Positions 36,195 through 45,623 of a stretch of 64,000 nucleotides of DNA are shown here, in pieces (within the stretch, counting starts at the first letter, position 1; the number at the start of each line of letters is the position of its first letter). Source of the DNA: a virus (Duplodnaviria > Heunggongvirae > Uroviricota > Caudoviricetes); the IMG/VR virus record IMGVR_UViG_3300025875_000002, positions 1 through 64,000 of that record. The stretch is one strand, 5' to 3'. Made by a program: the position numbers and the translations under genes. The notes beneath the pieces are model-generated. The model was not told where the DNA came from, did no database searches, and was given only the letters and a program-made list of their open reading frames with translations.

Positions 36195-37067
36195 ATGATT
36201 AAGGTGCGGCGTGACAAGAACGCAGTTGTTCTATTCAATCAGGTGACGGGTCATAAGATCCGTCTCGCCATTGGTAACTACACCAAGGCAAAGCGTCCGG
36301 AGCTAGTCGATATCAAGATTACTGACTACTGCCCTTTCGCTTGCACCTTTTGCTATCAGGACTCCACCTTGCAGGGTGAGCATGCATACAATGTGAGCAT
36401 GGGCCTTATCATTGAGCGTCTTGCCAAGGCTAAGGTATTTGAGGTGGCGCTTGGTGGTGGAGAGCCAACCGATCATCCGGCGTTTATTCAGATTCTTCGT
36501 GACTTCCGTGCTGCTGGCATTGTGCCTAACTTCACCACCAAGTCTCTCGGCTGGGTTAAGCGTAATTGGACTAAGATCGAAGACGTTGTTGGTGCTTTTG
36601 CATACTCTGCTGAGACTGTTAAGGATCTAGAAAGCGCAGATAAAATGTTTGCTGAGATTCCTCGGGATCGAATTAACATTCACTACGTCATGGGTCTACA
36701 GGACAAGGCCGGTTTCGTAAGTTTTATGAAGCGTGCAAGTGAGCTTGGGTTCCGTGTTACTCTTCTAGGATACAAGACTACTGGTCGTGGTAAGGACGTT
36801 ATTCCTGAGCCTTATGACTGGTGGATTGAGGCTGTCACGGTACTTGCAGCCCTTGGAAAATGCCCCACGATGAGTATTGACACGCCGCTTGCAGAGCAGT
36901 ATGATGGTATCATGCCAGTAAGCAGCCAGGTTTACCACACCCGCGAGGGTTTCGTAAGCATGTACATTGATGCGGTGTCTATGCAGATGGGCGCTTCTAG
37001 CTTCGATGCGGCGGTTGAGTTGGTTCCCTTTGACGACAAGTGGCTTGACCGCTACAAGAGTATTTAG
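36195..37067 (+). CDS. radical SAM enzyme
   Basis: CPFACTFCYQ (CxxxCxxC), glycine-rich ALGGGEPT motif; start at ATG 36195. Confidence 0.6.
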   Translation: MIKVRRDKNAVVLFNQVTGHKIRLAIGNYTKAKRPELVDIKITDYCPFACTFCYQDSTLQGEHAYNVSMGLIIERLAKAKVFEVALGGGEPTDHPAFIQILRDFRAAGIVPNFTTKSLGWVKRNWTKIEDVVGAFAYSAETVKDLESADKMFAEIPRDRINIHYVMGLQDKAGFVSFMKRASELGFRVTLLGYKTTGRGKDVIPEPYDWWIEAVTVLAALGKCPTMSIDTPLAEQYDGIMPVSSQVYHTREGFVSMYIDAVSMQMGASSFDAAVELVPFDDKWLDRYKSI

Positions 37068-37075
37068 GAGACAAC

Positions 37076-37639
37076 ATGCCTTGCAATAGCGACTACATGA
37101 TGCCCAGCCAGCAGGAGATTAAGCGTCTTGGCGAGAAGTCTGAGGCTCTAAAGGATATCGCTGATCAGATGGTGTACTCTGCCGATGTGATCCGTGAGAT
37201 TGTCCTTAAGACCTTCGGTCATTTCAGCAACCTTGATGTGGCTACTGCCCTAGAGCTTAGCCGTCGGGTTACTTCCTGGGAGGCTCTGTCTGCCAAGGGT
37301 GATAAGCTCGTTGACGATATCAAGAATGAGTACGCCTACGGCAACGATAGTGGTGGAAAGAAGCGCGGTAACAAGGTTTTGGCCGGTTACGAGGCTTCCA
37401 AGCAGAGCTTTAAGGTTGCAGTCGATGGTGGCTCTAACCTTATGAACGACGTTAAGCTTTCTCCTGAGACGTATGAGAAGATTGAGAACGATCAGATTCA
37501 TCACCGCATGGAGGACGTTAAGCGTCTCATCCCTATCTTTTCCGAGCGGGGCGATTTCAAGACCGTTGTCAAGCTTTCGCAGGTTGACTTTACTCAGGAG
37601 CTAGAGCCGCAGCTTGGTTTCAGCCCTGACGACTTCTAA
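37076..37639 (+). CDS. hypothetical protein
   Basis: ORF track. Confidence 0.35.
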   Translation: MPCNSDYMMPSQQEIKRLGEKSEALKDIADQMVYSADVIREIVLKTFGHFSNLDVATALELSRRVTSWEALSAKGDKLVDDIKNEYAYGNDSGGKKRGNKVLAGYEASKQSFKVAVDGGSNLMNDVKLSPETYEKIENDQIHHRMEDVKRLIPIFSERGDFKTVVKLSQVDFTQELEPQLGFSPDDF

Positions 37640-37647
37640 GGAGTAGT

Positions 37648-38025
37648 ATGATCAATGGTTGGATTGAAGTAACTGAACAAAAGCTTAACGCGCATAGCAC
37701 TGGTTGGCAGAACCGTTGGGTTAATGTTCCTACCGGTGAGCAGGAGTGTCCTGATTGTAAGTTTCGCACAAGCGTAAACGATCTTTTCGGTTCTCACAAC
37801 TGCCCGGAAATGAGAGACTGTCATGGTAACATTATGGCGGTTGATGACATTGCCTATGCTTATTCCAGTAGCAAGATTCGTAAGGTTAAGATTGTAAAGT
37901 ACAAGAAGGAAACCGATAACATCGGTGTGGAAGAACTAGATAATCCTGGCGATCTTCGTGAGGACGGCCAGCCGCGCCGGTATACAGTTACCGATCATGG
38001 TAAGATTTTGAGGATAGATGAATAA
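37648..38025 (+). CDS. hypothetical Cys-containing protein
   Basis: ORF track; CPDCKF, CPEMRDCHG. Confidence 0.35.
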   Translation: MINGWIEVTEQKLNAHSTGWQNRWVNVPTGEQECPDCKFRTSVNDLFGSHNCPEMRDCHGNIMAVDDIAYAYSSSKIRKVKIVKYKKETDNIGVEELDNPGDLREDGQPRRYTVTDHGKILRIDE

Positions 38026-38180
38026 GCAGACAATTACTGACATATTAAAGAAGCATCTTCAAAATGAAGAGTTTATAAATCTTTGGTGGGACTTAAAACT
38101 ACCGGGCCTGGGAATGGCAAGCCCCAATGAAGTATGGGAGCGAGACCCAGAAATTGTATTAGAATACGCACAGGGCTATG

Positions 38181-38209
38181 GAGATCATGCTTGACCAACC
38201 GGCCCGGTT
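38181..38209 (+). promoter_or_regulatory. sigma70-like promoter (TTGACC N17 TAGAAT)
   Basis: cTTGACCaaccggcccggttgtgcTAGAATat. Confidence 0.35.
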
Positions 38210-38347
38210 GTGCTAGAATATAAGTACCGGAGGGATGGGTGCCAATTCCCATTACCAATCAGGGTGACAGACTTGAACAAGTACGCTTAGCGAAAAGTTC
38301 TAACTTGAAGCCATGTTGGAATAGCTCGTAGTCGAGCACCGGACTCT

Positions 38348-38431
38348 GGAAGGTAACCGATTGGTCTAGGAGTCGCACTGCTAATGCGATACGGGTGTAT
38401 GCCCAGGTGAGTTCGATTCTCACGCTTTCCG
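38348..38431 (+). tRNA. tRNA-Ser(GCU), class II
   Basis: Acceptor GGAAGGT/GCTTTCC, anticodon stem TCGCA/TGCGA loop CTGCTAA, long variable arm, T arm GTGAG-TTCGATT-CTCAC. Confidence 0.6.
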
Positions 38432-38459
38432 CATAAGAAAAAGATGGTACAATAACAGC

Positions 38460-38870
38460 ATGATGACGATACGGCGAGTTAAATCTTTCTTAAACAACCG
38501 GCCACTCTGTGTAATTGGCATGCTGTCGGGATTGAAAGACATACTTGTGGGTACCGGATTCCTGTTCCAATTTAATCAAGTTACACGAACTCATCTATTT
38601 CAAAACTTTAACGAATTAATTCCTGGTTATAGCGGATGGATAGTGGGAATCTTTTTCATTCTTTCAGGGATTGTGGTAATCACAGGCGAATCAATTAATA
38701 AAATGAAACTGGCCCGGTGGGGATTGAGATACCAAGCCTACGCTTGGCTATTTTCCGGTATTATGTATACCTTAGACCAAGAATGGATATTAGCATTAAT
38801 TCTTGGTGGGTTCTTTAGTGTAGTTTCTGGATACACTGCTTATTATTACAAGTATAAGACCCGTAGTTGA
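38460..38870 (+). CDS. membrane protein (4 predicted TM segments)
   Basis: ORF track; hydrophobic segments. Confidence 0.4.
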   Translation: MMTIRRVKSFLNNRPLCVIGMLSGLKDILVGTGFLFQFNQVTRTHLFQNFNELIPGYSGWIVGIFFILSGIVVITGESINKMKLARWGLRYQAYAWLFSGIMYTLDQEWILALILGGFFSVVSGYTAYYYKYKTRS

Positions 38871-38940
38871 CACACCGGCTCGATTCTGCTAGACTTGTAC
38901 TACGAGAGAGGGAGGGGCTAAGGCTTTTCCCACTCTCCAA

Positions 38941-39021
38941 GCCTAAGTGGTGGAATGGCATACACAACCGACTCAAAATCGGTCGCGGCAACGCATGAGG
39001 GTTCGACTCCCTTCTTAGGTA
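38941..39021 (+). tRNA. tRNA-Leu(CAA), class II
   Basis: Acceptor GCCTAAG/CTTAGGT, anticodon stem ACCGA/TCGGT loop CTCAAAA, long variable arm, T arm GAGGG-TTCGACT-CCCTT. Confidence 0.55.
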
Positions 39022-39087
39022 CGCGGTGCAGTTTTCTAGAGTGTGCTGTACTAGCAACCATTGGTCCGTACAACCAATGGACAATGA

Positions 39088-39195
39088 ACAAATGTGCCGG
39101 AGTGGTTTAACGGAAGCCCCGTGGAGGGGCTGTCTATGTATCGGCCCAAGGCGGGTGCGTTGCATAGACCGCTGGTTCGAATCCAGTCATTTGTT
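39088..39195 (+). tRNA. atypical 108-nt tRNA-like gene, anticodon GGA (Ser?) with ~40-nt extra arm
   Basis: Perfect acceptor ACAAATG/CATTTGT, anticodon stem GCCCC/GGGGC loop GTGGAGG, 7-bp extra-arm stem GTCTATG/CATAGAC, T arm GCTGG-TTCGAAT-CCAGT. Confidence 0.35.
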
Positions 39196-39199
39196 CGAT

Positions 39200-39271
39200 G
39201 CGTGCGTAGGCCATCGGCGAGCCGCCAGATTTAGGTTCTGGTGTATGTGGGTTCGACTCCCATCGCACGTA
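39200..39271 (+). tRNA. tRNA with anticodon UAG but class I (short variable arm) architecture
   Basis: Acceptor GCGTGCG/CGCACGT, D GGCC/AGCC, anticodon stem CCAGA/TCTGG loop TTTAGGT, variable TGTAT, T arm GTGGG-TTCGACT-CCCAT. Confidence 0.5.
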
Positions 39272-39310
39272 CGCTTGACTTTGGTAGGCTAGCTTGCTAT
39301 AATCATAGCA

Positions 39311-39789
39311 TGACTTCCAGAGTAGGATATAAGCATAAGTATACAGAAGAAATGTTGCGTGATGCTGTTACCAATTCATTTTCTTTAGCTAATGTGTTGA
39401 GAATATTAAACATTCCACAAGCGGGTGGAAATCAAACTCACATTAGAAAGAGAATTAATTTCTTCGGTATCGACACTACGCATTTTACAGGCGCAGTTCA
39501 CAACAAAGGAAAGCCTGCTAGAAATAGACTTAGCTTAGAAGAAATATTAATTGTCCTACCAGCAGGATCGGCTAGACCAAAGCGCAAACAGCTAAAGCGA
39601 GCAATGTTAGAGTCAGGCTTGCTATACCAGTGCCGATGTGGTAACCTTGGTAAGTGGCAGGGCAAGGAGCTTTGCTTAGAAATTGATCACATAAATGGTG
39701 ACTGGCTGGACAATAGATTAGAAAATCTTAGGTTTCTCTGCCCTAACTGTCATAGTCAAGAGCCGACTAGTCACAGACAAAAGAAATAA
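39311..39789 (+). CDS. HNH endonuclease
   Basis: LEIDHINGDWLDNRLENLRFLCPNCHSQE; start ATG after tRNA. Confidence 0.7.
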
Positions 39790-39794
39790 ATAAT

Positions 39795-39877
39795 GCCCCC
39801 TTGGTGAAATCAGGTAAACACGGCGGACTTAAAATCTGCTGCCCACGGGCTTGTCGGTTCAAATCCGACAGGGGGTA
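39795..39877 (+). tRNA. tRNA-Leu(UAA), class II (bldA-like)
   Basis: Acceptor GCCCCCT/AGGGGGT, anticodon stem GCGGA/TCTGC loop CTTAAAA, long variable arm with GCCC/GGGC stem, T arm GTCGG-TTCAAAT-CCGAC. Confidence 0.6.
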
Positions 39878-39924
39878 CGTCAAGCTAGGAACGCAACGGT
39901 GGCGACCGTCCTTCTTGGCATCAC

Positions 39925-39997
39925 GCCTACATAGTCCAACGGTAGAGACAAACGGCTTAGACCCGTTGTGTTGGGGGTTCGAATCCCTCTGTAGGCA
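39925..39997 (+). tRNA. second class-I-architecture tRNA with anticodon UAG
   Basis: Perfect acceptor GCCTACA/TGTAGGC, D GTCC/AGAC-type, anticodon stem AACGG/CCGTT loop CTTAGAC, variable GTGTT, T arm GGGGG-TTCGAAT-CCCTC. Confidence 0.5.
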
Positions 39998-40161
39998 CCG
40001 AGCGGTAGTGTAAGTGCGTATAAAGCGTTCGATTTCAGGCACCCTGGGGACGGCAATCCTAACAGAGTTTGCGGGTCGTTCGAAAAACGTAGCCTCTTTG
40101 CCGAGGGGAAGCACACTGGACGTTAATCCAGTAGTGAGGTATCAAATCCTCCCAATCGACT

Positions 40162-40233
40162 CGGATGTGTAATTCATTGGTAGAATGCTTCGTTGACACC
40201 GAAGTCGTAGGAGGTTCAATTCCTCTCACATCC
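40162..40233 (+). tRNA. tRNA-Val(GAC)
   Basis: Perfect acceptor GGATGTG/CACATCC, D ATTC/GAAT, anticodon stem CTTCG/CGAAG loop TTGACAC, T arm GGAGG-TTCAATT-CCTCT. Confidence 0.65.
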
Positions 40234-40288
40234 ACCCGGTCCCTATATACTACCATGATATAGGGACTTTTTCTTTGAAGGGAAGTCT

Positions 40289-40981
40289 ATGAGAATACTT
40301 GACCTCTATTGCGTAGCTGGTGGGGCCGGTAAAGGCTACCATGACGCCGGTTTTGAAGTAGTAGGCATTGACATTAAGCCACAACTCAACTACCCTTTCG
40401 CTTTCAGCCGGATGGTAGCACTAGAAGCCCTACAAATCCTTATTGACGGTGGTTCTATTATTACGACTAAGGGTCTATTTAAGTTAGAAGATTTTGATTT
40501 CATTCACGCCTCCCCACCGTGCCAGTCAAGTTCAGCCTTGACAAAGGGCACCAACTACGGTAAGTTTACTTATCCAGACCTTATCGAACCAACCCGTGAC
40601 CTACTAAAGGAGACCGGCCTTCCGTACGTTATTGAAAACGTTGCCGGTGCAGCAATCGACAAGGACATTATGCTCTGTGGAGAAATGTTCGGACTTGCCG
40701 TTATTCGTCATCGCTTCTTTGAATTGGGTGATTGGAAAGCTTATCAACTCCCACATAGGAAGCACCGAGGCCGGGTTGCCGGTATGAGGCATGGAGTTTG
40801 GTATGAAGGCCCATACTTTGCTGTATACGGAGACGGCGGTGGCAAGGGCACGGTTGCCCAATGGCAAGATGCTATGGATATACACTGGACTAACGTTCGT
40901 AAAGAGATTGCAGAGGCGATTCCGCCGCTTTATTCGAAGTACATAGGCGAGCAGCTTATGGTCTGTTTGCAAAGGGGATAG
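40289..40981 (+). CDS. DNA (cytosine-5)-methyltransferase, unusually short (230 aa)
   Basis: Motif I LDLYCVAGGAGKGY, motif IV SPPCQ, motif VI VIENV; no obvious TRD/motif IX-X region. Confidence 0.65.
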   Translation: MRILDLYCVAGGAGKGYHDAGFEVVGIDIKPQLNYPFAFSRMVALEALQILIDGGSIITTKGLFKLEDFDFIHASPPCQSSSALTKGTNYGKFTYPDLIEPTRDLLKETGLPYVIENVAGAAIDKDIMLCGEMFGLAVIRHRFFELGDWKAYQLPHRKHRGRVAGMRHGVWYEGPYFAVYGDGGGKGTVAQWQDAMDIHWTNVRKEIAEAIPPLYSKYIGEQLMVCLQRG

Positions 40982-41174
40982 TAATGGGTGTTTGGGCAGA
41001 AAATTATACTCCAAGTCATGAAGATGTTATCACAATGATCTTGCGTGACAACGTGTGGACACCAGCACAGGACTTGCCATGTGGATGCAACCCTGCTAAG
41101 CTTTGTGCAGAGCACGCAAGAATCCGGGCCGTGGAGCACTACCATCCTGAGACTATTCCAGCCCGGTTCAGGTC

Positions 41175-41204
41175 TTGACAAACTGTCGTACCCCCGTGCT
41201 ACAC
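41175..41204 (+). promoter_or_regulatory. sigma70-like promoter (TTGACA N18 TACACT) upstream of rIIA-like gene
   Basis: cTTGACAaactgtcgtacccccgtgcTACACTaa. Confidence 0.4.
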
Positions 41205-41236
41205 TAAACCTAACAAAAACAACACTAGGAGGCTTC

Positions 41237-43198
41237 ATGGAAACCCCCGTTTCTAGCATTACTTCCCAGGGCGACCTGGGCGGTCAGAAGGTCAAGATGA
41301 GCTTTGACGAGAATTCTCTCGCTCACCTGATGAGTGTCCTCACCGACCTTTATTCTGACCCGCAGCTTGCGGTCATCCGTGAGTACAGCACCAACGCGCT
41401 TGACGCGCACATTGAGGCTGGTATCACAGACCCGATTGAGGTTTTCACTCCTTCGGCTTACTCTCCGTACTTCAAGATCGTTGACCACGGTGTCGGCCTT
41501 TCGGTGGACGACATTACGGACATGTACTCTAAGTACGGTGCCTCTTCTAAGCGTGGAACTAACGATCAGGTTGGTATGCTTGGCCTTGGTGCTAAGTCTG
41601 CTCTGACTTTGGTCCCGCAGTTTACTTTAGTTTCCGTCAAGAACGGTGTAAAGATCAGCGTTAGCATCAGCCGTAACTCTGATGGTGCTGGTCAGATGGA
41701 GATTATTGATACTGTTTCGACTACAGAGAGTAACGGTGTTACGATTCAGATTCCTGTTCCTCGTAACCACACCTTCACTCAGAAGTGTGAGGACTTCTTC
41801 CGCTTTTGGAAGAAGGGAACCGTCCTCGTTGACGGTAAGGAGCCTGCTTTCATTGAGGGCCGACTGGTTGGGACTGACTTCATTGTTAACCAGAAGCTTC
41901 GCCAGGACTACATCGTTATGGGTAACGTTCCCTATCCGGTGAAGGAATCGCTGTACGGTAACAGCTATAGCTCGCTGGGTGTTGTTGCTTTCGTCAAGAT
42001 CGGTGACGTTAACTTCACTCCTTCCCGTGAGCAGCTTCACTACACGACCAAGACGAAGGAGACCATTGCGCGTTTGCGTAAGGACTTCTCCGACCAGCTT
42101 CTTGCGTCGATCCAGAAGGACATTGACACCGCTCCGGACCACCACACCGCGTGGGCGCGCGCAACGGAGTGGAGAGATTCTTTCGGTAACCAATTCAAGG
42201 CTTTGAGCTACAAGAACTCTGTTATTCCTAGCCACATTAGCTTCACAAGCTACATGGCTAAGGACGCAGCAGGTAACGCTTTCACTAAGAATGTCAATGC
42301 TAAGAGCATCAGCATTTTCAGCAACAGCCGTTACAACTATTCATTTCCTAGCGGCGTGAACAACGCTGATGGACCGAAGCACATTTACATTACCGGTTTC
42401 GCTGAGTCTTTGAAGGCCAGCCCGGTTCAGCGTGAGAAGGTTGCCTCTTATCTAGAGAGTCAGGGCATCCCTACAGTCAAGAACATGGTTATCACTAACC
42501 ACGATAGATTCTTCACTACTGATGATGAGAAGTGGCTTAAGGGCTTCCATTTCGCTGATTGGAAGACTGACATTGCTCCGATTAAGATTACTCGGAACAA
42601 GTCTGGTAACAAGGTTATCCGCACTGATCCTTATGACCTTTATGATGGACAGTACGGTAGCAAGCAGGTTCCCAACCTTGACCTTGCCAAGCCAATCGTG
42701 TACTATTCTACTGCCGACCTTCGCTACCCCGTGTGGCTGCCGAAGATGGTTGATGATGACGCACAGATTGTCATTCTGAGCAAGAACCGTTGGGATAAGT
42801 TCAAGCGTGATTACCCGACTGCGATGGAGTACCGTAAGGCTATCATCGCAAAGCAGGAGAAGCTGATTAAGCAGATGACCCTTGCTGATCGTATTCTCTG
42901 GCACCACAGCGGGTACCGTCACATTGTTCGCAGGCTTGATTGGAAGAAGATTAACGATCCTGACCTGCATGAGTTTGTTAAAGTTTTGTCTACGCCTGAC
43001 CTTGAATTCTCTGATGCTGCGAAGGTTCTTAGGGACGAAATGTCACGTCGTGAGGCTCCTAGCCCTGACGTTTCCATTCCTGTCAACCCCCTTACTCGCT
43101 ATCCTCTTCTCGGCAACATGCGTGAAACAGATGTTGAACATATTTATTGGTACTTGAATTCTTATTTAAAGGAGCTTAAGATTGCCAACAAGCTGTAA
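41237..43198 (+). CDS. rIIA-like protein with N-terminal GHKL/HATPase-like fold
   Basis: N-box-like IREYSTNALDAH, G-rich GMLGLGAKSAL; RBS AGGAGG; ~650 aa. Confidence 0.5.
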   Translation: METPVSSITSQGDLGGQKVKMSFDENSLAHLMSVLTDLYSDPQLAVIREYSTNALDAHIEAGITDPIEVFTPSAYSPYFKIVDHGVGLSVDDITDMYSKYGASSKRGTNDQVGMLGLGAKSALTLVPQFTLVSVKNGVKISVSISRNSDGAGQMEIIDTVSTTESNGVTIQIPVPRNHTFTQKCEDFFRFWKKGTVLVDGKEPAFIEGRLVGTDFIVNQKLRQDYIVMGNVPYPVKESLYGNSYSSLGVVAFVKIGDVNFTPSREQLHYTTKTKETIARLRKDFSDQLLASIQKDIDTAPDHHTAWARATEWRDSFGNQFKALSYKNSVIPSHISFTSYMAKDAAGNAFTKNVNAKSISIFSNSRYNYSFPSGVNNADGPKHIYITGFAESLKASPVQREKVASYLESQGIPTVKNMVITNHDRFFTTDDEKWLKGFHFADWKTDIAPIKITRNKSGNKVIRTDPYDLYDGQYGSKQVPNLDLAKPIVYYSTADLRYPVWLPKMVDDDAQIVILSKNRWDKFKRDYPTAMEYRKAIIAKQEKLIKQMTLADRILWHHSGYRHIVRRLDWKKINDPDLHEFVKVLSTPDLEFSDAAKVLRDEMSRREAPSPDVSIPVNPLTRYPLLGNMRETDVEHIYWYLNSYLKELKIANKL

Positions 43199-43778
43199 AA
43201 TCGAAGGCTGCGATAGCAAGATTGAGGCAAGAGGTTGGTGTAGCAAGCATTACCAACGATGGAGAAGGCATGGTGATCCACTCTACACTGAATTTTGTGT
43301 TGATGAGCTAACTGTAAAAGAAATTCTGTCAAACTGCACGGCCATGACTAATGGATGCCTAGAATGGAATCGTGGCCGTGTGACAGGAGGGTACGGAACT
43401 TTCATATTTGAGGGAAAAATTCACGCCTCTCATCGGGCCGTGTTAGAGTTAAGTCTTAATCGGTCGTTAGCACCAAAAATGCTAGCTTGTCACAAGTGCG
43501 ACAATCCTCCATGCTGTAATCCAGATCATTTATTTGAGGGATCATCGCAGAAAAATATTGATGATATGTTTTCTAAAGGGTGCAACAAAGCGCTTTTCGG
43601 AGAAAGTCATGGTAACAGTAAATTGAACGAGGCAAGCGTATTGGAAATAAAGATGCTCTTGCAATCCGGTGAAAGTTGTGCTAGCATTGCTAGGAGACAC
43701 AATGTGAACCCTCGCACAATATTGGACATTAAGCATGGATTAACATGGAAGCACACAAATTTTGGAGGTTTTAAATGA
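43182..43778 (+). CDS. HNH endonuclease (HNH_3-type with N-terminal Zn ribbon and C-terminal HTH)
   Basis: CKIEGCDSKIEARGWCSKH; CHKCDNPPCCNPDHLFEGSSQKN; sits between rIIA-like and rIIB-like genes. Confidence 0.55.
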   Translation: MPTSCKIEGCDSKIEARGWCSKHYQRWRRHGDPLYTEFCVDELTVKEILSNCTAMTNGCLEWNRGRVTGGYGTFIFEGKIHASHRAVLELSLNRSLAPKMLACHKCDNPPCCNPDHLFEGSSQKNIDDMFSKGCNKALFGESHGNSKLNEASVLEIKMLLQSGESCASIARRHNVNPRTILDIKHGLTWKHTNFGGFK

Positions 43779-44686
43779 AGTATAATTTGGTACAGAACGA
43801 TGAACTTGGTAGTCTTACGGCATTTTTCGATGGTCAGATGTACGTTGCTGATAACACGCACGCCTCTTGGCCGCAGCTTGTGGCCCAGGTCACGGCTGCT
43901 GATGACAGCACGGACCTTACGGCGCTAGCGCGTCTGTTCGATCCTGCTGTTGCCGTTGCAGACTTCTTCACTAAGGTTTCCGAGCGTGTCTCAGTTGCCG
44001 GTGGACACGTTTTCTTCGACGGCGAAGAGGTTAATGACGGTCTTGCCGACCACATTATCCGCTTCATGAATGAGGGTAATGACGCCCTGCCACTGGTTAG
44101 GTTCATGGAGAACATCATGACCAACCCCAACGAGAACAGCCGTACTCAGTTGTTCGATTGGCTGAGCAAGCGTGACTTCACCATTACGCCCGAGGGAACC
44201 TTCCTTGCGTACAAGGGTGTTGCTGCACGCACCAGCGGAGACGATCTGGATAAGTACCCTTACCAGTCTATCTCTAGCGGTAAGGCTATCGTTGACGGCA
44301 AGGTCTACGACGGTGCCATTCCTAACGGTGTCGGTGCTGTTGTTGAAATGCCTCGCGGTGAGGTTGCGCACGACCCTGACGTGGCTTGCCACACTGGTCT
44401 GCACGCCGGTAACTACCGTTACGCTTCCAACTTCGGTCGGATTCTGTTGATCGTTGAGATTAACCCGCGTGACGTTGTTTCCGTTCCTCACGACAGCAAC
44501 AGTGAGAAGATTCGTTGCTGCCGTTACACCGTTAAGGACGTTCAGAACAAGGAGTTCACCACTTCTTACTATGGCGGCTACTCTGCGCCGGTAGTTGACG
44601 ACGAGGATGACCTTGACGATCTGGACGAGGACTACTCCTATGACGCTCCGTACTATGGTGATGACGAGGATGACGACGGATTCTGA
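43775..44686 (+). CDS. rIIB-like protein (tentative), acidic C-terminus
   Basis: Position after rIIA-like gene, size ~300 aa, RBS GGAGG; no motif-level proof. Confidence 0.35.
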   Translation: MKYNLVQNDELGSLTAFFDGQMYVADNTHASWPQLVAQVTAADDSTDLTALARLFDPAVAVADFFTKVSERVSVAGGHVFFDGEEVNDGLADHIIRFMNEGNDALPLVRFMENIMTNPNENSRTQLFDWLSKRDFTITPEGTFLAYKGVAARTSGDDLDKYPYQSISSGKAIVDGKVYDGAIPNGVGAVVEMPRGEVAHDPDVACHTGLHAGNYRYASNFGRILLIVEINPRDVVSVPHDSNSEKIRCCRYTVKDVQNKEFTTSYYGGYSAPVVDDEDDLDDLDEDYSYDAPYYGDDEDDDGF

Positions 44687-44993
44687 TTCAACAGCGGTAG
44701 CCCTTCCTAAGTTAGCGGATGGCTACCGCTGGAATATCGTTAAGCAGCAGTATTCCTACACAGACCTTTGGGTTAACCTAGAGAAGCTGACACCGCGCCG
44801 GTTTCTAAAGCCTAAGTGGAAGATTGTTGCCACAGGAGACACTGAGCAACCTTGGAATCGTGACAAGCCTTTGCCAGAAAGAACACTCATGGCGGCTAAT
44901 GATGCTCTAAAGGCTTATGAGGAAAGAACAAAGCGTGAGGAAATCATTTCTAGCCTGACCGGGGTTTATGAGGAAGGTAAGGACGATCTGTAA
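44658..44993 (+). CDS. hypothetical protein (LPDGYRW paralog 1)
   Basis: Shares LP(K/E)L(A/P)DGYRW(N/K) motif with next ORF; start uncertain. Confidence 0.3.
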   Translation: MMTRMTTDSDSTAVALPKLADGYRWNIVKQQYSYTDLWVNLEKLTPRRFLKPKWKIVATGDTEQPWNRDKPLPERTLMAANDALKAYEERTKREEIISSLTGVYEEGKDDL

Positions 44994-45286
44994 TGGATAT
45001 GCCAGAGCTACCTGATGGCTACCGCTGGAAGGTAAAGCCAGATCGTTGTGATCACAGTTGGTCATTTTCTAGTTATCTTGGCCTAAAGGTCTGTTTGCAA
45101 AAGCGTATCGGCCCCGTGTGGGTCACACGCATGTATGATTGTGTTAAAAAGGGCCGGAACAGAGAGACAAAGCAAGTCATGGTTGTGCGTCACGCCTGCC
45201 ATGTGCTAGACTCCTACACAGAGCAAGAGGCTGAGTTCCGAGAGAAAGAGGCCCTAATTGGCGTCTACAAAACACCTCAGGTCTAA
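44993..45286 (+). CDS. hypothetical protein (LPDGYRW paralog 2)
   Basis: MDMPELPDGYRWKVK. Confidence 0.3.
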   Translation: MDMPELPDGYRWKVKPDRCDHSWSFSSYLGLKVCLQKRIGPVWVTRMYDCVKKGRNRETKQVMVVRHACHVLDSYTEQEAEFREKEALIGVYKTPQV

Positions 45287-45623
45287 GCGTGGTTTGTTAG
45301 AGAATTCTAGACCTGATGGTGATTGTGTGCGCTGGAATGGCTATGTCGATGACAGTGGATACGGTAGGATATATCGACTAGGTGCTCCTGTCAATGTGGC
45401 AAAAGATTATGTGACAGCCAGAAGAAGCGACGAGCCAAGGCAAAGGAGAAGAAAGATGCCCTACGCAAACAACATCAAGTCTAAGCCTTGCGCAACCCTC
45501 GGTTGCAAGGGTAAGGTCATGACGGACGAGGCGCACCGTGGCTTTAATGCTACAGGCAAGAACGGTAAGATTATCTGTCCTGACTGCAAGGTGGCTGAGA
45601 TTTATGAGAGGTATGGACTATGA
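45258..45623 (+). CDS. hypothetical Cys-containing protein
   Basis: ORF track; CVRWNGYVDDSGYGRI; CKGK...CPDCK. Confidence 0.3.
   Translation: MASTKHLRSKRGLLENSRPDGDCVRWNGYVDDSGYGRIYRLGAPVNVAKDYVTARRSDEPRQRRRKMPYANNIKSKPCATLGCKGKVMTDEAHRGFNATGKNGKIICPDCKVAEIYERYGL

Noticed and set aside
38870-38940. GC-rich inverted repeats with CCGG cores (for example 38190-38205, 25458-25471, 51640-51650) as a dispersed repeat family or restriction-site avoidance signal
   Set aside because: Most are explained as intrinsic terminator-like hairpins after genes. No consistent spacing or longer shared consensus was seen by eye.
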